A stretch of DNA of 64,000 nucleotides from assembly GCA_016199085.1 (NCBI GenBank), contig JACQHJ010000001.1, positions 3,334 through 67,333 of the forward strand, read 5' to 3'. The notes beneath the pieces are model-generated. The model was not told the DNA's origin. It was given only the letters and a program-made list of their open reading frames with translations, and did no database searches. Position numbers and translations under genes: made by a program. This document shows positions 58,171 through 64,000 of this stretch, one piece after another (positions within the stretch are counted from its first letter, which is position 1; each line of letters starts with the position of its first letter). This DNA comes from Candidatus Levyibacteriota bacterium (GTDB lineage Bacteria > Patescibacteriota > Microgenomatia > Levybacterales > UBA12049).

Positions 58171-59127
58171 TCAGAAAGCAGAGTTAGGGCTTACGAAATA
58201 AATTAAAACTACAACCATAATTACCCAAATAATTACAGAGGTTAAAAGCGGTTTATCAGAAAGCAAAACTCTTTCCGGACTTTCCCCTTCATGTTTTTCA
58301 TAAATGTCTTGAAGATAACGCATTAGCCCGTAAACAACAGGTAAGATTGTTATCATAAGCCACTTTCTTTCAAAAAAAGCTGATAGAGTATCTGGAACCA
58401 AGACGCTGACATTTAATCTAAATCCCCCCGGATTTTCCAGGAAAGTAAAAAGGGAATATGCAATAAATGTAGAAGTTGCAAAAATAGATGCGTAGACGTC
58501 TAAAAGTCTGTCTGAATAATGTGAGAGCGATTCTCTGGTTGCTGCAATATCTGCTTCTTTGTTTGCCGATAGAAGAGTTAACTCCGATCTTCTTTTTCCA
58601 ATTGCGATAAAAAGCGAAATGGAAATTGTAGTAAGTAAAAGCCAGACTGAAATATGAAGTCCGGTTGCAAATTCTCCTCCGTAGACTCTTAAAATATAAC
58701 CGCTGGCAATTGCCAAAATGTCTACAACAGCCAGAGATTTTAGAAACATCGAGTAAAAAAACTGAATAAAAAGATAAACTATTCCGATTGCAAAAAAAGT
58801 TGGGGTAATACCTTTAGCAAGATAAAGTGATGCGACAATAAGTAGTACTGCAAAGCTTATCCCAAACGAAACAGGTATATCTCCATGAGCTATGGGCCTG
58901 AATTTTTTAAAAGGATGGAGTCTGTCTTTTTTAATATCAAAGATATCGTTGATGATATAAGTTGCGGAAGATAGTCCGCAAAAAACAATAAATGCTCCGA
59001 TTGCATTGGTAAGAAATTGAGCATCAAAAAGTCCTCCGGCAAAAGTAATAGGGGCAAAAACGGCAAAGTTTTTGATCCATTGCCTTGGTCTGACTAATCT
59101 TAGTATGTTAAAAGCGAGTTTTATCAT
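58171..59127 (-). CDS. UbiA-family decaprenyl-phosphate phosphoribosyltransferase-like (DPPR synthase-like)
   Basis: LVRPRQWIKNFAVFAP...NDIFDIKKDRLHPFKKFRPIAHGDI is the signature of the DPPR-synthase subfamily of UbiA prenyltransferases. About 8 TM helices. Confidence 0.75.
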   Translation of the reverse strand: MIKLAFNILRLVRPRQWIKNFAVFAPITFAGGLFDAQFLTNAIGAFIVFCGLSSATYIINDIFDIKKDRLHPFKKFRPIAHGDIPVSFGISFAVLLIVASLYLAKGITPTFFAIGIVYLFIQFFYSMFLKSLAVVDILAIASGYILRVYGGEFATGLHISVWLLLTTISISLFIAIGKRRSELTLLSANKEADIAATRESLSHYSDRLLDVYASIFATSTFIAYSLFTFLENPGGFRLNVSVLVPDTLSAFFERKWLMITILPVVYGLMRYLQDIYEKHEGESPERVLLSDKPLLTSVIIWVIMVVVLIYFVSPNSAF

Positions 59128-60187
59128 TAATCCTTCTTATTAATAACTGCAAAAATAAAATTCCTCCGAAAGCCAGTATTACAAGCATTATTATAGCAAA
59201 AAGCTTTCCTTGACTTGATAAAACAAGTGCAAGGCTTCCTAAAATTGCTGAAACTATCCAATAAAATGCCGCAACAGATCTTTGACTAAAACCAAGGCCT
59301 AGCAAAAGGTGATGCAAGTGTTTTTTGTCATGCCAAAAAGGAGATTTGCCGGACAGAATTCTTCTAAGTATTGTAAAAAGACCGTCAGTCATAGGTATTC
59401 CCATAACAAGTATTGCTGTTGCAAGTTTTGCACTTGAAAGAATAGAGGCAATAGCAAGGAGAAGATAAATAGCTGTTGCACCGTATCCGGGAAATATTTT
59501 CGCAGGATAAAAATTAAAAACCAAAAAGCCCAAAGATGCCCCGGCGATTATGAAAGAAAGAGTCGCAGCGGTAATACTAGACTGGTCTGCGATAGAAAAA
59601 CGAAGACTTAAAATTCCAATTACAATTGCAGAGATTGCAACAATACCTGGCATTTGCCCGTCGACACCTTTGCTCCAATTTAACATGTTCATAACCCAGA
59701 CTATCCAGATAACGGCTATTAAATCCGATAATACTGAAATAACGGGGATATTCACAAAGGGAATCTGAATTGCATTTAGATACAATATTCCCCCAAACGG
59801 ATTTGTTATAAAAGGGATGTTGGCTCCCATTAAAACTACGAATACTGCACAGCCTATGTTTATCAAAAATCTAACATAAGGGGAGATATCGAATTTATCA
59901 TCAATAATTCCCGCAACAAGCGAAACAAAAGCAGCCAAAAACGCTGCAACGATAATTTTATCAAAGGGAATAAAAATTAGACTTGCCACAAACACTCCAA
60001 TAAAAAGAGGAATACCGCCTCCTCTTGGAACAGGGTTTTTATGAATTATCGCAGGGTGTTTATGTTTTTTAGGATCATCGACAACCTTATATTTCTTTAA
60101 AAAATACAAAGAGACTGGAATTGTAACAACCGTTATAAGAAGTGAAATTAAAAATGGAAAAATGACAACCCAGTTTAAGTCTAGCAT
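59108..60187 (-). CDS. GT4-family polyprenyl-phosphate N-acetylhexosamine-1-phosphate transferase (MraY/WecA-like)
   Basis: DDKFD (the DDxxD motif) and a VMNMLNWSKGVDG loop in a 10-TM protein. Overlaps the UbiA gene by 20 nt. Confidence 0.8.
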   Translation of the reverse strand: MLDLNWVVIFPFLISLLITVVTIPVSLYFLKKYKVVDDPKKHKHPAIIHKNPVPRGGGIPLFIGVFVASLIFIPFDKIIVAAFLAAFVSLVAGIIDDKFDISPYVRFLINIGCAVFVVLMGANIPFITNPFGGILYLNAIQIPFVNIPVISVLSDLIAVIWIVWVMNMLNWSKGVDGQMPGIVAISAIVIGILSLRFSIADQSSITAATLSFIIAGASLGFLVFNFYPAKIFPGYGATAIYLLLAIASILSSAKLATAILVMGIPMTDGLFTILRRILSGKSPFWHDKKHLHHLLLGLGFSQRSVAAFYWIVSAILGSLALVLSSQGKLFAIIMLVILAFGGILFLQLLIRRINDKTRF

Positions 60188-60543
60188 TATAAAATAAGCA
60201 GTAATGTTTTTAAAATAAATACAAAAATCATCACAGAAATTAGAAGGTTAACCGAGCCTACAATTCTTGCAAGTAAAGGATTATTCTTTTGATACAAAAC
60301 GGAACTAAATCCTAAATTAAAAACAAAAATAAAAATATATAAAGCTACGGGAATAAAAATTCCGTAACCTTGCGTCAATCTTTCATTTCCCCAGGGCAAT
60401 TGATTGAAAATTGGAATGTATGGGGGAATATTTTTTAAGTTTAATAAAATAAATATAATCGTTAAGACAAGGATAAGAAAGCTAAGTCCAAATACCCCTA
60501 AAGTAATTCTGTCTTTTTTAATGTCGCTAAAGAATTTTCTCAT
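60187..60543 (-). CDS. small 3-4 TM membrane protein
   Basis: 118 aa, hydrophobic. Overlaps its neighbours by 1 and 17 nt, which suggests an operon with the glycosyltransferases. Confidence 0.45.
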   Translation of the reverse strand: MRKFFSDIKKDRITLGVFGLSFLILVLTIIFILLNLKNIPPYIPIFNQLPWGNERLTQGYGIFIPVALYIFIFVFNLGFSSVLYQKNNPLLARIVGSVNLLISVMIFVFILKTLLLIL

Positions 60544-62008
60544 AAATATCTACACCGTTTATATTCATTTTATGAAGGTATTGTGGAATTGCAAAAGGAA
60601 ACTTGGCGACGTTTCCCATTATGATGATAAGCTTGGGTTTTGCCTTTTTAAGCCCTTCAAGGGTATTTGACATTCCGTCCTCATAACTTGTTATATGATA
60701 GGCAACAGTATATCTTCCCGGAGGAAGTTTATTGGTCAACTTATACACCTGGGCATTGTTTCCCCAAATAAAAATATTGTCTTTTTCACCTGCAACTCTA
60801 TTAATATAACTTGCAAGTTCATAGTCATTGGGAGTATTGCCGTCAAAAAATCTTTGATATTGATAAACATTCTTTTGGTTTGCTAAAAACTGCACAAAAT
60901 TTTGATAATAAAAGACTGTTTTTATATAAAAACTAAAGTTGGTGATAAGTAAAAATAGCGTTACGATTAAGACAAGTAAACTGAATTTAAAAAATTTATT
61001 TTTTAGCATTACAAGACCTATTAAAAGACAAAGTGCAGGTATAGCAACTAAGACGTAATGCGTATATGGTCTTTGCGAGAAAAACGCATTAAACAAAGAA
61101 AAGACTAACCAAATAAAGATAAAAATTTGATTATTTCCCAAAACTTTTCTTTTTATAAAAAGAAACGAAAGAGATAAAGCTACAATTGCCAGCTTTAAAA
61201 TCAAAAGTCCCTGGGGAATAATGAATTTATTGCCATATCCAACATAGCCAATATTGTTTGCAAAAGTTGCTTTGATGAAATATGGGAATGCGCCGTTTAA
61301 TACAAAATAGAGAGTAACTAATAAAATCGGCAGACAAAACCCTATTATTAAAGGGGAGATATTCTTTATTTCGGAAAGTATATTTTGGGGTTTAAATATA
61401 TCCCTAAAGTTTTTAGCAAAGTTTGCAAAAAACAAAAAGACTAAAAACGCCGCAAAGTCAAAACCCCCAACTATCTTAAACAAAAAGGAAATTCCTAAAG
61501 TTAAGCCTGCTAAAAATAACACTTTATATCTTTTTGAATTTGTGTGGTCTAAGGATCTGACGACCAAAAATCCTGCTGCGATATTAAAAAACAACATAAA
61601 GTTTTCTGCATTGGCAATGTTTCCTTCAATTAAAGGAAGGCCGAAAAGAAAGGCAAATGTAATTGTTGCTACATATGAAGCCTTATCATTTTCCAAAAGT
61701 TTTTTACATAGTTTAAAAAATACACCAAGTGTTAATACGCCAAAGATTAAAGACGTAAGTCTAAGCATGAATTGATCGGCGCCAAACAATCCGTAGAGAA
61801 GATAAAGAAAGGGAGGTTTGTTGTCAAAGATGTCTCTATACAATAGTCTTCCGTTATCTATACCAAGACCTAGTGTTTGATATATACCTTCGTCTCCATA
61901 CCAATAAGGTTCGAAAAGAGAAGGGAATCTAAGAAAGAAGAAAACCACCCAAATAATCAGAAGAAACCAGAAGTTCTTGCTTTTCTCTAACCTTTCCAAT
62001 AGTCTCAT
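60527..62008 (-). CDS. GT-C membrane glycosyltransferase (GT39/ArnT/PMT-like)
   Basis: The first extracytoplasmic loop reads PYWYGDEGIY, matching the conserved DE motif of ArnT/PMT. About 12 TM helices. Confidence 0.75.
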   Translation of the reverse strand: MRLLERLEKSKNFWFLLIIWVVFFFLRFPSLFEPYWYGDEGIYQTLGLGIDNGRLLYRDIFDNKPPFLYLLYGLFGADQFMLRLTSLIFGVLTLGVFFKLCKKLLENDKASYVATITFAFLFGLPLIEGNIANAENFMLFFNIAAGFLVVRSLDHTNSKRYKVLFLAGLTLGISFLFKIVGGFDFAAFLVFLFFANFAKNFRDIFKPQNILSEIKNISPLIIGFCLPILLVTLYFVLNGAFPYFIKATFANNIGYVGYGNKFIIPQGLLILKLAIVALSLSFLFIKRKVLGNNQIFIFIWLVFSLFNAFFSQRPYTHYVLVAIPALCLLIGLVMLKNKFFKFSLLVLIVTLFLLITNFSFYIKTVFYYQNFVQFLANQKNVYQYQRFFDGNTPNDYELASYINRVAGEKDNIFIWGNNAQVYKLTNKLPPGRYTVAYHITSYEDGMSNTLEGLKKAKPKLIIIMGNVAKFPFAIPQYLHKMNINGVDIYEKIL

Positions 62009-62012
62009 AAAA

Positions 62013-63506
62013 TTATAATTTCTCTGTTACCTTATATTCTAACCTTTTTCCAAGCATAAGTTGAGTATGAGAAATTAGAGCAGGTAATGCTGAGAGGAAA
62101 AAGCCTACAATCGGAAGAAGTAAAAGCTCTAAGGGAAACAGGAGCTGTCGTTTTTTAGAGACATGATGATGTTTTGGTCTTTGTCTAAAGTCTATGATTA
62201 TCATCGCAACTGTTGCTATAAGACAAATTGTAAGAATAAAACCGGCTAGTCTTGGAAGGTTGTAGCCCAAAGTCGTTCTGGCAAAAACAGGATTTACCAA
62301 AGGCATAATGTTTGCCGCAATCGTGATAATAAACCAGTTTACGGGCCAAAGGAAATGATCAAGTAGTACATTTGCCAAAAGCAAGGTTTTTCGAACAAAC
62401 GGAACTCCGGGAACCGTTAATGCCCATTTAATAAACAGGGGATCATCGGATGCTCCCCAGCTCCAGCGTCTTTCCTGCTGATATTTGTTTTTTAAAGATT
62501 TAAAATATGAAGACGAAAGCGGCGCATCCATAGATGTTTTTAGAAATATCGGCTCCATCCAAACTTGCCCTTTCATTTTGAAGAATGCCTTAAAGAATAT
62601 TCTATAATCTTCAGGGATTACGTCGGTATCCCAAAATCCTATTCTTTGAAGAAGTTTTAAAGAAAGAGAATAGGTAGAATTTGAAACAAGTCTGTCTTTT
62701 TGGACTAAAAGGCCGGTTCTCCAAAGACTTCCGAAAAATGAAATTATTCTTATAGGTGCCGGTACATTCCAGAAATTATTGTAGTTTACGTTTGCCGATT
62801 GCCAGAATTTATTGTACTTTAATTCATCTTTTAGAAAGCTATAGGAAAGATAAGAAAAATACTGGGGATCAAAAATTGAGTCAGCATCAACAGAGGAAAT
62901 TGTTGTAAAGTCTTCATCTATAATACCACCCTTAACAAGTTTTTTATAGGCAATTTTTCCTCCATAAGCTTCATTTGACGATTTTCCTTTTACCTCCCCT
63001 TTGATATCGGGATGGTAGGTTGCAAAGATATCTCCAAAGACGCCTTTAAATTCGTTGATTAAAATTGTCGCTGTTTTCCTAGCTCCTTCCTCTCTTTTCT
63101 CCATAGCCAGAACAACAAAAATCCGTTTCGTTGGGAAAGTCTGCTCGGCAAGGCTTTTTATTCCTACTCTAATCTTATCTACGTTTTCCTGGTAGTTTGG
63201 AATAACCAGAATATGTGTCATTTTTTCAAAGTTTTCCAGTGGTCTTGCAAGCTCCAGCCAATTCTGGCTTTCAGCCTGCTTGATTTTCCTTGAAGCAACA
63301 AAGGCAGTTATAGCAAGGGAGAATGATTTATAAAACCAATAGACGTCAAAAAAAAGAATAAAATATGCAACAGCCCAGGGGATAAAAAAAGATCCCCAGA
63401 CAGGGAATAATATTAAAGACCATGAAACAAAACCGGGAAGAATTTCCAAAGCTCTTCTAGTTTTTATAGGATAGGTAGTAAATATATGGTCAAAAAAACT
63501 TGTCAT
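62013..63506 (-). CDS. membrane-bound processive GT2 glycosyltransferase (QxxRW)
   Basis: A GT2 catalytic domain flanked by TM helices. Contains QQERRWSWG (QxxRW) and a DAD/DxD region (SSVDADS). Confidence 0.75.
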   Translation of the reverse strand: MTSFFDHIFTTYPIKTRRALEILPGFVSWSLILFPVWGSFFIPWAVAYFILFFDVYWFYKSFSLAITAFVASRKIKQAESQNWLELARPLENFEKMTHILVIPNYQENVDKIRVGIKSLAEQTFPTKRIFVVLAMEKREEGARKTATILINEFKGVFGDIFATYHPDIKGEVKGKSSNEAYGGKIAYKKLVKGGIIDEDFTTISSVDADSIFDPQYFSYLSYSFLKDELKYNKFWQSANVNYNNFWNVPAPIRIISFFGSLWRTGLLVQKDRLVSNSTYSLSLKLLQRIGFWDTDVIPEDYRIFFKAFFKMKGQVWMEPIFLKTSMDAPLSSSYFKSLKNKYQQERRWSWGASDDPLFIKWALTVPGVPFVRKTLLLANVLLDHFLWPVNWFIITIAANIMPLVNPVFARTTLGYNLPRLAGFILTICLIATVAMIIIDFRQRPKHHHVSKKRQLLFPLELLLLPIVGFFLSALPALISHTQLMLGKRLEYKVTEKL

Positions 63507-64000
63507 ATGTTAAAAACTGTTTTAGCGTTTTGAGTAGTTTTCAGATCTACCTCTTTTTGGGAAATAGCTTTAATTTCGGCAATTTTTCCTCCCGTAATTA
63601 TAACATAGGACGGCTCATTTCTTCCACCTCTTTTAGGCTCGGGACTAAGGAATGGCGCATCAGTTTCGGTGAGAATTCTCTCAATAGGCGTATTTCTGCA
63701 AAGATCAGGTAGGCTGACTGTTTCTCCTGGTGCAAGCCCTTTATAAGTAATATTGCCGTCAAACCCAATATAAAAGCCTAAATCTAGAGCTTGACTTAGG
63801 ACATCTAAAGCTCCCGCAAAGCAATGAAACATCCCTGGAATCTTATGTAATTTATCTTTATTTTCCTTGAGAATTTCGATTATATCTTCTCCGGCATGCC
63901 TATTGTGTATTTGGAGAGGAAGGTTAAGCTCGTAAGCTATTTGAATTTGAGTTAGAAAAACCTCTTTTTGAATTTTTGGATCAACTATGCCGTTTGATTT
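63503..64000 (-). CDS. tatD: TatD-family metal-dependent hydrolase, C-terminal part (gene continues past window end)
   Basis: MFHCFAGALD and TETDAPFLSP motifs. The upstream frame stays open to position 64000 (…LHKIPGMFHCF). Confidence 0.8.
   Translation of the reverse strand, partial: KSNGIVDPKIQKEVFLTQIQIAYELNLPLQIHNRHAGEDIIEILKENKDKLHKIPGMFHCFAGALDVLSQALDLGFYIGFDGNITYKGLAPGETVSLPDLCRNTPIERILTETDAPFLSPEPKRGGRNEPSYVIITGGKIAEIKAISQKEVDLKTTQNAKTVFNI

Overview
This window is a low-GC, gene-dense bacterial chromosomal segment. Its composition and gene content are typical of a small-genome, CPR/Patescibacteria-like organism, though the phylum cannot be proven from this window alone. Coding density is about 90%, and many genes overlap by 4-14 nt.

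Housekeeping genes include purA (5' partial), dnaG-rpoD, pyk, a tRNA-Asn, rpsT, murJ, lepA, groES-groEL, tpiA, uvrD, an LCP-family protein and tatD (3' partial).

Three accessory themes stand out.

1. A roughly 12-kb copper and thiol-redox island (13.4-25.4 kb). It holds a DsbA-like protein, a multicopper oxidase that is frameshifted at an A9 tract, an ArsR-YHS fusion regulator, a DsbD_2-like membrane protein with a redoxin, several membrane proteins with vicinal-Cys motifs and a Met-rich small protein. It also holds csoR behind a textbook C-tract/G-tract operator, and a Cu-ATPase with an unusual CPD motif preceded by a stand-alone YHS mini-ORF in another frame.

2. Cell-surface machinery. There is a sortase with a tiny Thr/Pro-rich secreted peptide, two large LPPTG surface proteins, and a PilN/PilO-like pair. 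These sit next to many GT-C membrane glycosyltransferases, a DPPR-synthase-like UbiA enzyme, a GT4 phosphotransferase and a processive GT2.

3. Oxidative-stress genes unusual for such an organism: an sodN-sodX pair, MsrA, VKOR and an archaeal-type PEP carboxylase.

Separately, a GC-enriched segment of about 440 nt (34.58-35.01 kb) sits directly behind a near-consensus promoter. Its codon and amino-acid usage is atypical, and it is a candidate structured ncRNA or foreign ORF. No CRISPR array, rRNA or obvious transposase was seen. Many promoters are leaderless with an extended -10 (TGnTAnAAT).
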